Shown: positions 29,229-38,512 of the stretch, piece after piece | Layout of the letters: every line of letters starts with the position of its first letter | How positions within the stretch are numbered: the stretch's first letter is position 1 | From: a virus | Lineage: Duplodnaviria; Caudoviricetes | Virus record (IMG/VR): IMGVR_UViG_3300046786_000304 | Span: 32,001 to 96,000 of that record | Length of the DNA stretch: 64,000 nucleotides | Reading direction: 5' to 3' (one strand) | Translations under genes and position numbers: made by a program | Notes under the pieces: generated by a model | Seen by the model: the letters and a program-made list of their open reading frames with translations, nothing else | Told to the model about the DNA's origin: nothing | The model's database searches: none

Positions 29229-29771
29229 TTAATTTACAGAATATAGTTCAGGATATTCTACTAGCACGTGAATTCCTTTTTCTTCTGTGGCTATTTTATA
29301 CGATTCAGAGATGTCCTTGGGTGTCTTTAAATTATAAAATTTAACATTTGGGCAAAGGCTTTTAAATTCTTCAAAGTAACTGCCTTTGTGCTGATGTCCA
29401 GGATCTAGTGGCTTGTCGCTGCCTTTGCCTAGTCTAATTATAATATGCGCTTGTTTGCCAGTCATTACTTCGAACTTGTCTAAATGGTTAACTAATTGAT
29501 TGGTTGCGCTAATAATAAAGTCCCATCGCGGATAAAAGCTAACAACTGTTTTACCTGTCATTGCCATGCCCAAACTCATGCCCATTTGTGTTTCTTCCAT
29601 AACAGGAAGTTCAATCATTTTATCTTTGGGAACATTGCCTAATGTAGTACTCATTGGGTTTCCTGCGTAAACAATTTGTTGTCCAATAAAAAGTATATTA
29701 TCCTTGGCTGCCAATGTAGTCATAGCATCAGTTAATGCGTCTTTATATGGAGTTGTTTTCGGTGCTGTCAT
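29229..29771 (-). CDS. TPP-dependent dehydrogenase E1-beta / transketolase pyrimidine-binding domain, stand-alone
   Basis: IELPVMEETQMGMSLGMAMTG, DFIISATNQLVNH and GHQH motifs. Lacks the C-terminal domain. Confidence 0.85.
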   Translation of the reverse strand: MTAPKTTPYKDALTDAMTTLAAKDNILFIGQQIVYAGNPMSTTLGNVPKDKMIELPVMEETQMGMSLGMAMTGKTVVSFYPRWDFIISATNQLVNHLDKFEVMTGKQAHIIIRLGKGSDKPLDPGHQHKGSYFEEFKSLCPNVKFYNLKTPKDISESYKIATEEKGIHVLVEYPELYSVN

Positions 29772-29773
29772 TT

Positions 29774-30628
29774 TTAAATTTCTCTTTCTAAATGTTTTAT
29801 TATGTTATCTGCTATTACGCGATGACATAATTTTGAAGGGTGCATGTCCACGGGTGTTTCTTCAAATTCTGCGGTATCACTGTATATAGTTAGTTCAGGA
29901 TTCTTTAAATTGCCGCCTTGATCTTTTACCATCATATGTTCTATGCTAGGATAAGATTCCCCGTTATAATCAAATTTGATCATTTTATTTCTTAGCCAAT
30001 CATCTTGTTCTATATAATCTACAATGTCAGTAGGCCATGACATTATATAAACTTTAATTCCACGATCTGCAAACGTTTGTAAAAATTCTTTGGCTTCTTG
30101 TATTTCTTTTTTCTTGGCTTGATCAATATATTGATCTACAGTTAAGTTATTATCGACGAGCCAAACTGCCATTTTAGAATCAGCCAGGATATCGGAATGA
30201 GTAGAAGGATAAGGTTTTCCTAATCTATTTGGACTATGTGCTCTGTGCCATTGTGTAAACTGATAAAACACGTGGCTAATATCTTCGTAATTATACGTAG
30301 GCGGTACTGCGGGATGATTTCCTTTGTTTTTCTCAGGATCATTTTTGTCCATAAAGCATCTACGCCACCAATCGTGTATACTATAACTTGCGCCGCCGTT
30401 CCATGGTTGACAAAGTTCAAATGTATTAAAATGATTTGCTACTAATCTAGGAAATCTCAGGGACTCCATATATTTTATATGAGTATCCTGTACTAACTTG
30501 GGATCATAGCAATTAGCTTGAGGTTCTTTAAGGGTTGGCATATTTGAATAATAATACAAACCCTGGCCCCATGTAAAACTACATCCAGCAAATATCATTC
30601 CCCGAGTAACGGGACTTTGACGTTTCAT
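29774..30628 (-). CDS. SGNH/GDSL-like protein
   Basis: FAGCSFTWGQG and C-terminal DMHPSKLCHRVIA motifs. Confidence 0.65.
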   Translation of the reverse strand: MKRQSPVTRGMIFAGCSFTWGQGLYYYSNMPTLKEPQANCYDPKLVQDTHIKYMESLRFPRLVANHFNTFELCQPWNGGASYSIHDWWRRCFMDKNDPEKNKGNHPAVPPTYNYEDISHVFYQFTQWHRAHSPNRLGKPYPSTHSDILADSKMAVWLVDNNLTVDQYIDQAKKKEIQEAKEFLQTFADRGIKVYIMSWPTDIVDYIEQDDWLRNKMIKFDYNGESYPSIEHMMVKDQGGNLKNPELTIYSDTAEFEETPVDMHPSKLCHRVIADNIIKHLEREI

Positions 30629-31044
30629 TTATTCTTATCTGGCCAACTAATTTCCCAGTCTTTAAAGTCAGCTGCCAAGCAGTCTACTTTATAGTCCTTG
30701 CGTCCGCCAACACTTTCTTGAATTACGTTTTTAGCAGTATTACGAATACCATTCAAACCATGTGTTAGTTCAAGGTTGTTACCATCCTTGATACCACGAC
30801 GATAGTTACTTTCGTTGTGCCAAATGTGTAGGTTCATTTGACTTACAACAACAATAGCACGAATAACGTCAGCTGTAATTTCAGCATCTTTTTCTTCAAG
30901 TATCAATTGTATGTCATGGACAATGTCAGAAATTTCCTGACTGTATTCTTGTTTATATTCAGGAATAAAAACTTCTTTAAGTTGAACAATGCTCAAGCGG
31001 TCAACTAGGTCACCTAATGTATGCAAGTATTTTCTCTCAGTCAT
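30625..31044 (-). CDS. Helical hypothetical protein (DUF6165-like pattern)
   Basis: TLGDLVDRLSIVQLK..NLHIWHNE..LNGIRN pattern, recalled from memory and not verified by search. Confidence 0.4.
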   Translation of the reverse strand: MTERKYLHTLGDLVDRLSIVQLKEVFIPEYKQEYSQEISDIVHDIQLILEEKDAEITADVIRAIVVVSQMNLHIWHNESNYRRGIKDGNNLELTHGLNGIRNTAKNVIQESVGGRKDYKVDCLAADFKDWEISWPDKNK

Positions 31045-31976
31045 AAATTTGTAAAATTTCTATTGTTAAATGGGATAGTCATTTGGTAAGCAGATATCAA
31101 TTGCTTAATACCATAGTCCAAATCAAACATAGGTTTCCATCCCAAACTTTCTAACTTAGCGTTAGAAACTATGTAATTGCGTTTGTCAAAGTCTTGTTTG
31201 AATTCGTCTTGTTTAATTACTAATGCTGGAATGTGATCTTTAATCTTTTCAGCCAGTTCTAGCTTACTTAAATTTGCTGAGCTCAATCCAACATTATATA
31301 CTTGTCCCCGACATTTGTCATAATTATCAATCATGAATTCAAATGTACGGGCAATGTCCTGTACGTGAATATAATTACGTTTAAAGTTTGCTTCAAACAA
31401 TACCATATATCCATCCACTACTGCTTTATAAACAAAATCATTGACCAGCAAATCTTGACGCATACGTGGACTTACACCAAATACTGTAGCAAGTCTAAGG
31501 ATAACTCCATTGCCCTTTTTAAGCACATAATCTTCGGCATCGCATTTGGTCTGTGCGTACAAGCTTAGTGGTTTAAATGGGCTTTCTTCGGTGATGATAT
31601 CTTCACTGCTTCCATACTGACTATTGGTATTAGGCAATATCAGCATTTGATCATCACGTAGTACATCCACTACATTTTTAATTTGTTCGTAGTTAACTTG
31701 TACAGTTAATTCTGGATTGGCTTTACAAGCAGGCATGCCAACAATAGCTGCCAAAGGAATAACAACATCAGCCAAGCTGACTTGTTCTGTTAATAAATCT
31801 TTGTCCCTGACATCACCCGCAATGAAATGAAACTTGGGCTGTTTAAAAAGATGTAGTAAACTTGTTTGTTTATACATAAGGTTATCTAATACGGTAACCC
31901 TATGTCCTTTAAACAATAAATGTTCTGCTAGCGTAGAGCCTAGATAGCCAGCTCCGCCTGTAATTAAAATTTTCAT
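31041..31976 (-). CDS. NAD-dependent epimerase/dehydratase (extended SDR)
   Basis: TGGAGYLG, YAQTK (YxxxK), LRLATVFG and RNYIHVQD motifs. Confidence 0.92.
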   Translation of the reverse strand: MKILITGGAGYLGSTLAEHLLFKGHRVTVLDNLMYKQTSLLHLFKQPKFHFIAGDVRDKDLLTEQVSLADVVIPLAAIVGMPACKANPELTVQVNYEQIKNVVDVLRDDQMLILPNTNSQYGSSEDIITEESPFKPLSLYAQTKCDAEDYVLKKGNGVILRLATVFGVSPRMRQDLLVNDFVYKAVVDGYMVLFEANFKRNYIHVQDIARTFEFMIDNYDKCRGQVYNVGLSSANLSKLELAEKIKDHIPALVIKQDEFKQDFDKRNYIVSNAKLESLGWKPMFDLDYGIKQLISAYQMTIPFNNRNFTNL

Positions 31977-32965
31977 GGTTTGCTATTTGGATCGTATTGA
32001 TCTTTGTTCATTTTATACCAGCGAAGCGTGTTCTTCAATGCTTCACGTAGTTCATATTTAGGTTTCCAGCCTAGAGCATTAATCTTTTCAGAACTTAATA
32101 ATCTAACTGAAATCATAAATGCTTTGTTGTTAACGTACTCAATTGGATTGTCATTGTTGTCTAACTCTTTAAGCATGGCCAACACTTCATTGACTGTATA
32201 ACCTTTGCCATAACTTACATTGTATACGTCGTGTTTGTCAACATTTTCTGCTACGAATACAATGCCTTCGGCCATGTCTTCAACGTGTAACAAGTCGCGA
32301 ACGTCATTGCCATCTCCCCATACAGGAATAGGATTTAATCCGTCTGCTACTTTGCGAATACTTGCTGGCGTAACGTGGCATTTTTCATAGTCAAACTTAT
32401 CATTAGGGCCAAACGCATTACTTGGACGAATAATAATACATTGCATTGGATTATGAATTTGATTACTGAAAAAGTCACATAAATTTTCACTGTAACGTTT
32501 CATTCCGCCTACAGCTTTGTATACTGGAATTAAAGGTGTACCATTAGTGTCAATGCCTTCATGGCAAAATTCAGTGCCCATGTCTGGATATACAGTATTT
32601 GAACTAATAAACACAAATTTCTTAACGCCATTGCGCCAGCTGTGTTCCATTAAGTTTGTATTCATTTCAATGTTAGGCGTTACGTGTAGCAATGGATTAA
32701 ACTTAGTGTCTAAAGCATTACTAGTATTAGCCGCACAGTGAATAACAACATCAATGTCTTTGCTTACCTTTTCGCAGAATTCTGCTGTACGCAAATCACC
32801 ATGGTGATTCTCTACTGTTTCCCATCCGTAAAAGTCTTTACGTAATGTTCTGCTATAAGTTGTACTGCGTACATTCTTATAACCTTTTTCAAATAATGTT
32901 CTTAATATGTGGCTACCAATAAATCCCGATGCGCCTGTAACTAAAATTCTGTCTGTTTTTTGCAT
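31973..32965 (-). CDS. GDP-L-fucose synthase-like NDP-sugar epimerase/reductase
   Basis: TGASGFIG, RPSNAFGPND, CHVTPASIRK and WGDGNDVRDLLHVED motifs. Start at MQKT (32965). Confidence 0.85.
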   Translation of the reverse strand: MQKTDRILVTGASGFIGSHILRTLFEKGYKNVRSTTYSRTLRKDFYGWETVENHHGDLRTAEFCEKVSKDIDVVIHCAANTSNALDTKFNPLLHVTPNIEMNTNLMEHSWRNGVKKFVFISSNTVYPDMGTEFCHEGIDTNGTPLIPVYKAVGGMKRYSENLCDFFSNQIHNPMQCIIIRPSNAFGPNDKFDYEKCHVTPASIRKVADGLNPIPVWGDGNDVRDLLHVEDMAEGIVFVAENVDKHDVYNVSYGKGYTVNEVLAMLKELDNNDNPIEYVNNKAFMISVRLLSSEKINALGWKPKYELREALKNTLRWYKMNKDQYDPNSKP

Positions 32966-32966
32966 T

Positions 32967-33944
32967 TTATTTTCCGATATAAGTTTCGATGGTCTTCTTG
33001 ATACCATCTCTTAGTGTAGTTCTTGGTAACATGTCATATTTACGTTGCTTATCCGCACTTAGACAGCGAACCGGGTCACCATTCATTTTTGTTTCATCCC
33101 AAACAATTTTCTTTTCTTCGCCACTGATTTCTTTATACACATCAATGATTGTTTCAATTGTTTCTTTAATACTAACTGCTGTGCCGCAACCAAAGTTAAC
33201 AATATCTTTGACTTCTTTAGTAACTGCGTCAATGCTGGCCTGTGCAACATCATCACCAAACACAAAGTCTCTGCGAGCACTGCCATTGCCCCAACATGTA
33301 ATGCTATCTCCGGGAACGTTCTTTAGTTTCCAAATGTTTGAACTAATAACTGTAGCATCTTCAGCAAAGTTATCATTGATACCATAAATGTTACTTGGAC
33401 GAATAACTGTCCAATTATCCCAGCCGTATTGTACTGTTAGAGATTCTAAAGTTGCTTCGCCCATGCGCTTGGTCCAACCTGGATACCAGTCATTCTTACT
33501 AGGTGTTGTTTTCCAAACATCATCTTCGTTCATTAGTTCAGCTGGCTGATAAACGCCCACGCTACTCAAGTATACAAACCAATCTACCTTGGCGTCAAAT
33601 GCTGCCTTAATCATGTTAGTGTTAAACATTAACATAGGGAACAAATAATCGCAGGGCTGTTTACTGCTACGTGCTGGACTGCCTTTGACTCCGGCAATGT
33701 GTAATACATAATTAATGTTCTTGCTTTTGAACAATTCTTCACAATTATGCAGATAAGTTAAATCACAGTTAACAAATTCTACGACGCTAGGATACTTGTC
33801 ACAGACTTCTTTAAGCTTGGGACTTTGTCTAATATCCACAGCATAAACTTTGCTGGCGCCTTGTTGTACGCTTTTTTCAACTGCTGGTACACCCACTAAT
33901 CCACTTGCACCTGTTATTAATACTACTTTGTTTTCAAATTTCAT
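32967..33944 (-). CDS. GDP-L-fucose synthase-like NDP-sugar epimerase/reductase
   Basis: TGASGLVG, RPSNIYGIND and WGNGSARRDFVFGDD motifs. Start at 33944 (ATGA overlap). Confidence 0.85.
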   Translation of the reverse strand: MKFENKVVLITGASGLVGVPAVEKSVQQGASKVYAVDIRQSPKLKEVCDKYPSVVEFVNCDLTYLHNCEELFKSKNINYVLHIAGVKGSPARSSKQPCDYLFPMLMFNTNMIKAAFDAKVDWFVYLSSVGVYQPAELMNEDDVWKTTPSKNDWYPGWTKRMGEATLESLTVQYGWDNWTVIRPSNIYGINDNFAEDATVISSNIWKLKNVPGDSITCWGNGSARRDFVFGDDVAQASIDAVTKEVKDIVNFGCGTAVSIKETIETIIDVYKEISGEEKKIVWDETKMNGDPVRCLSADKQRKYDMLPRTTLRDGIKKTIETYIGK

Positions 33945-35386
33945 TTTAAATACCACTTTCTTATATCGTTAAATGTTTTATTAAATGGGTTATACTTACC
34001 AAAAGTCTTTGCATGATTTTGATTGTGTATTAACACATCCGTTAGCTGATAATATATATCATGTATTTCACTTAGTGGTAATACTGATAATCTATAAATC
34101 TCTGAGTTGATTAATTCAAATCTATTTCTATAATCTGTACATTCGTCATATGATTCGTCGATTAAAGGGCTAAATGTTTTAAATCCCAAATCCCGTAATG
34201 TTTTTAATGTAAACGGATTCCCTATCACTATAAATGGCTGTAAATTAATTATAGGGTGATGAAACGTTTTTTCGCTGATAAACGGAAAAGCCCCTCCGCC
34301 ATGTTCGAATGAAGTTTCACTTACAATATTAATATACGATTCAGCGAACAATGCTTTATTGTTGTTATTAAGATTAAAGCTGTGTTTCTGGTCCACAGGT
34401 AAATGCGCTGTATCAATTTCCATTGGAATATTTTCGACAATAGAATCAACAATCGATTCTAAATCATCGGGTTCTCCGGTAAAATGCGAGATTGTATTAT
34501 AGATTCTATGCTTATTAGTGTAATCATGTAATGCTACAAAACTAAAAATGCTGTCATTTAATAGTTTATATTTGAACGCCATGTACGCACTTAGCCAACG
34601 ATGTGGTCTGTGCATATTCCTATTCATACAAATAAACCTTTTACTGCGAATGTGATCGATATCTAAATCTTCTGGTTTAACATAATCAGACTTGTATCCC
34701 AATGATCCTACCCTGGGGTATTCGTGGAACTTGTCAGCTAATTGATTTAAAACAATGTATCCATTTGTTATTTTTATTTTACTGTCGGAATACATATCAT
34801 AATGACTGTCGAATGTATTGCCTCCGATTATAATAATATTTTCCCCAGAAATGCCGTGTTTGTTAAAATATTTTTCTATTTCTAGCAAGTTTTCAGAATG
34901 TTCCACTGGATCATGTATTACATTTAATACTAATTTGATATTGCCAGTTTGTAAACCCAATAATACTCTAGGATCTAATGTGTCAATGAATTCATAATTA
35001 TAATCAATTCCGTTCAATTTAATTGAATAATTACCGTAAATTAAATTTAAAGTAAAACAAATCTCAACAGGATAAAGGTATATGTCACCGTTATATACTA
35101 TTTCGTCAACTGTTACTATATTGTCAATGCCATAGTGAAGTTTGTAATAATTATAAAAGTTTTTATGAGAAATATGTGCCCGCCACGTAGACGATTCGTT
35201 CTGCGATTGTAATTCATCGACAATATTGCTTTGAAACGCAAACTCATTATCCTTAAGCTTGTCTAAGATATACTCATTTACCTGTGGCAATGAACCGTTT
35301 AAAAGAAACTCCTTGCCTTGATAATTGACATAGGAGTTACTGTAAACTAATTTTATATTGCGATTATAATTGTTGAATAAACTCAT
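33941..35386 (-). CDS. Putative glycosyltransferase (GT-B-like, 'SET..SEK' family 2)
   Basis: KRFICMNR..RPHR, YINIVSETSF..FISEKT and LQPFIVIG..GFKTF..IDESYD motifs. Start at MSLF (35386). Confidence 0.5.
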   Translation of the reverse strand: MSLFNNYNRNIKLVYSNSYVNYQGKEFLLNGSLPQVNEYILDKLKDNEFAFQSNIVDELQSQNESSTWRAHISHKNFYNYYKLHYGIDNIVTVDEIVYNGDIYLYPVEICFTLNLIYGNYSIKLNGIDYNYEFIDTLDPRVLLGLQTGNIKLVLNVIHDPVEHSENLLEIEKYFNKHGISGENIIIIGGNTFDSHYDMYSDSKIKITNGYIVLNQLADKFHEYPRVGSLGYKSDYVKPEDLDIDHIRSKRFICMNRNMHRPHRWLSAYMAFKYKLLNDSIFSFVALHDYTNKHRIYNTISHFTGEPDDLESIVDSIVENIPMEIDTAHLPVDQKHSFNLNNNNKALFAESYINIVSETSFEHGGGAFPFISEKTFHHPIINLQPFIVIGNPFTLKTLRDLGFKTFSPLIDESYDECTDYRNRFELINSEIYRLSVLPLSEIHDIYYQLTDVLIHNQNHAKTFGKYNPFNKTFNDIRKWYLK

Positions 35387-36773
35387 AAGATATCTTGTAT
35401 GGGTTAGTATCTTTAAAAGACGCAAAATGATTTCTATTATAGATTAAAATATCTTTCATCGAATAGTATAACTCATGCAATTCATTATGACTTAATGCGT
35501 TTAATTTTAATATTTCTTTTTGAATCATTTGCATTCTTGTCAAATAATCGGGTTCTAAATCATAACTCTCATCTATAAATGGACTAAATGTTTTAAAGCC
35601 CAAATTCTTTAATTGCTGTAGAGAACCAAAATCCCCGATCATTATAAATGGCTGTAAGTTAATAATAGGCCTGTATGTTTTTTCAGAGAAAAACGGACTA
35701 TTATCTATAGGGCCAAAGAAACTTGTTTCTGATATAATGTGAAAATATGTATCAGTGTACCATTCTTTTTTATTGTTGTCAGTTACAAAGCCTCTTTTTT
35801 CGTCAACTGTTAAATGATTGGTATCTATTTCATAGGGCATTATAGACATTAAGTCATTGAGCTCTTCATCGGTGATACGCGAACCCAACAATGATGTTAT
35901 GCTATCCCTGATATTATCAGGGCTGTCAGGAATATTAACAAAACTAAAGATGCTATTGTTTAATAGTCCATTCTTCAATGCCATATATGCTATATAATAT
36001 CTATGCGAACGCATGGATCTATTAAAGCAAAGAAACTTTTTTGGCCGCATTTTAGTAATGTCTAAATCACTGTCACGTACAATATCTGAAGTATATCCCA
36101 TTGATGTAGGTCTAGGGAAATCATCCATACAACGAGCTTGCTGTTGTAACGCTAGATTACCATAAGTGAATTTAGTTAGACTATCAGGAAAGTCTTTGGT
36201 ATGATTTAAAAACTTATTGCCAAATATAAACACTAAATTAGATTCACTGACTCCAAGTTTCCGCAATCGCAATTCTAATTCTCGTATACTAGGTGCGTAA
36301 TGGCAAGGATCTTGTATGTTACAAATAACTATTTTAATTCTATCTGCTTTTAAATGTTCAATGATTGGTTCTATTAAATCTTCAATGGAATACTCAACAG
36401 TATTGCCGTCTAAATCAATTGTTGTTTTGTCATTTAATGCGTTGATAGAAGTGGCTATTTCAATTGGAAATATATAAGTTGTATCTTTATCATTGACGTC
36501 TATGTCATATATAGGTATTATATTCTTTTCACCTATATTGTTCATAAAGTAATAATGAAAATTACCTAAGTTAAATGTTAAATTCCATCCAACTGAAGAA
36601 CTATTGCGTACTTCTTCGATACAACTATGCGGGTTTAATTCATTGATGTCAACGATATATTTTTTGTCAATGTGATTCATTACAACCTGCGGAATGCCGT
36701 TGCTAAAATAAATCTTTTCGCCATTACTCTTAGAATAAATGTGCGAGTATACTGCTTTTAAAATACGACCCAT
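35364..36773 (-). CDS. Putative glycosyltransferase (GT-B-like, 'SET..SEK' family 2)
   Basis: KKFLCFNR..RSHR, YFHIISETSF..FFSEKT and LQPFIMIG..GFKTF..IDESYD motifs. Confidence 0.5.
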   Translation of the reverse strand: MGRILKAVYSHIYSKSNGEKIYFSNGIPQVVMNHIDKKYIVDINELNPHSCIEEVRNSSSVGWNLTFNLGNFHYYFMNNIGEKNIIPIYDIDVNDKDTTYIFPIEIATSINALNDKTTIDLDGNTVEYSIEDLIEPIIEHLKADRIKIVICNIQDPCHYAPSIRELELRLRKLGVSESNLVFIFGNKFLNHTKDFPDSLTKFTYGNLALQQQARCMDDFPRPTSMGYTSDIVRDSDLDITKMRPKKFLCFNRSMRSHRYYIAYMALKNGLLNNSIFSFVNIPDSPDNIRDSITSLLGSRITDEELNDLMSIMPYEIDTNHLTVDEKRGFVTDNNKKEWYTDTYFHIISETSFFGPIDNSPFFSEKTYRPIINLQPFIMIGDFGSLQQLKNLGFKTFSPFIDESYDLEPDYLTRMQMIQKEILKLNALSHNELHELYYSMKDILIYNRNHFASFKDTNPYKISYEFIQQL

Positions 36774-37387
36774 TTGCCTGTTCCATAATGTGGGAATTTA
36801 GATTTGTATTCATACCAGATAACATCTTCGGGAATATCACGCTTGTGATTCCATGTTGCTACTGTGGGAGTATTAGTTGATACTGCGTTATCTTCTACAA
36901 TGAAATATAAAGGCAAATTAAAGTTTCTAGCGTACTTGTGTACTTCATAAAAGATGCCGCTTTCAAAACTCATGTCCCCAATAAAACACCAAACTTTTTC
37001 ATCGCTGCCGCTGTCTTTAATTGATTGTGCAACACCTAAAGCAATAGATAAAGTTCCGCCAACAATAGCACTGGCGTAAAATTTATTGTCTAAATTACAT
37101 ATAGTAATGCTCTTACCAGCTAGGATATCTTGTTCAATAATTGCGGGATCAATGCCTTTGAGCAGTGCATGATAATGACTACGCCAAGTAGAAAATACCC
37201 AGTCTGTTGTTTTAATTCTTTTGAAGATTTCAATTAGCTGTTCTTCATTATTGTTTGACAAGTGTACAGGGCCGCGGATTTTAGCATTTTCCCAGTGGTT
37301 TACAATTTTATCTTCGAATGCTATTAAATCTTCTTTGGTCAAGCTAATTGGCCTTACAACTTCATATTTGTCAATATTTTTAATCAT
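36758..37387 (-). CDS. TPP-dependent dehydrogenase E1-alpha-like subunit, short form
   Basis: GPVHLS, STWRSHYHAL, SAIVGG and TPP-binding GDMSFESG..VEDN motifs; only 209 aa. Confidence 0.88.
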   Translation of the reverse strand: MIKNIDKYEVVRPISLTKEDLIAFEDKIVNHWENAKIRGPVHLSNNNEEQLIEIFKRIKTTDWVFSTWRSHYHALLKGIDPAIIEQDILAGKSITICNLDNKFYASAIVGGTLSIALGVAQSIKDSGSDEKVWCFIGDMSFESGIFYEVHKYARNFNLPLYFIVEDNAVSTNTPTVATWNHKRDIPEDVIWYEYKSKFPHYGTGKWVVF

Positions 37388-37395
37388 TTTTTTCC

Positions 37396-37956
37396 TTAGG
37401 GTTTAACAAGATACCAAAGTGTACCTGTAATTTTTGCTTTCTGATTGAACATTTCTTCCAATCTATGTACATTCTGATTTACGTCAGGAAATTCTATAGG
37501 GAGACCAGTGGTGTACGGAGTGTAATCGTGGCCTGCTACAATTCCTCCTGATTTAACAAAAGGAAGGAAATGTTCTATAATAGACCAGTCGCTGGGATTA
37601 TAATGTCCTGCATCAATGAAGAATACGTCTATTGGTCTTGGATCAGTGTAGCCAGCGTGTTCAGGAGTTAGTCCTCTAATTGGTATTATGTTTTTATATT
37701 CTGCTGTGTTCTTTTGAAACTCTTCCCATGTATTACACGGGTTTCCTTCGTGATCTGTTAATTCTTCGTAAAAAATATCAAAACAATATATAGTAACAGA
37801 AGGGTCTGCGCTCATTGCCCATGCTACAGAACTTTTGCCACAAAAACTTCCTACTTCCACTATAACGCCGACTTCAGGCACTGTTTTAGCCAATGATTCG
37901 ATTACTTGAAGTTCGTTTTCAAACATCCATCCTTTAATATCTAGTTTATATGGCAT
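37396..37956 (-). CDS. Class I SAM-dependent methyltransferase (Methyltransf_24-like)
   Basis: IVEVGSFCGKS, DVFFIDAGHY and GGIVAGHDY motifs. Confidence 0.88.
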   Translation of the reverse strand: MPYKLDIKGWMFENELQVIESLAKTVPEVGVIVEVGSFCGKSSVAWAMSADPSVTIYCFDIFYEELTDHEGNPCNTWEEFQKNTAEYKNIIPIRGLTPEHAGYTDPRPIDVFFIDAGHYNPSDWSIIEHFLPFVKSGGIVAGHDYTPYTTGLPIEFPDVNQNVHRLEEMFNQKAKITGTLWYLVKP

Positions 37957-37966
37957 ATTATTTTTC

Positions 37967-38512
37967 TCATCTATCTCTTGCTTGTAACACTGGCTTATCT
38001 GTAGGCCATTCTATGTTGAATTTACTGTCATTCCATTTGATTACGCCCTGTGCTTTTTCATCAACATAGTCGCCTTGATAAAACAGATTATAATGGAATA
38101 CACAATCTGTTAAGGCAAAGTGTCCGTTGGCGAAGCCAGGAGGAACAAGTACTTGGTCTCTAGTCTTTTCACTGATAATATAACTTTCCCACTTACCGTA
38201 TGTAGTACTGTTTTCTCTTACATCCATTACTACAAGATATATATCTCCAACTAAAGCCTGTACTAATTTCCAAGTCTTGTCGTCATAGTGTAATCCACGT
38301 AGCACGCCTTGATATGACTTGCTGAATCTGCCATGGATATTAACATCCTTGGGCAGTAATTTCATAACTGGATGTGTTTCGCTGTGAAACGTTGTGAAAA
38401 TTTCACCGCGATATTCTCTATAGACACTGGGGCTGTATACAGGAACATCTGTACCAAACTTAGCTAAGTATGATACATCAACATTATCCCATTGGGGCAA
38501 TTTATAATTCAT
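37967..38512 (-). CDS. rmlC: dTDP-4-dehydrorhamnose 3,5-epimerase-like (cupin)
   Basis: RGEIF, GVLRGLHY, VPPGFANGH and WNDSKFNIEWP motifs. Start at MNYK (38512). Confidence 0.88.
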   Translation of the reverse strand: MNYKLPQWDNVDVSYLAKFGTDVPVYSPSVYREYRGEIFTTFHSETHPVMKLLPKDVNIHGRFSKSYQGVLRGLHYDDKTWKLVQALVGDIYLVVMDVRENSTTYGKWESYIISEKTRDQVLVPPGFANGHFALTDCVFHYNLFYQGDYVDEKAQGVIKWNDSKFNIEWPTDKPVLQARDR

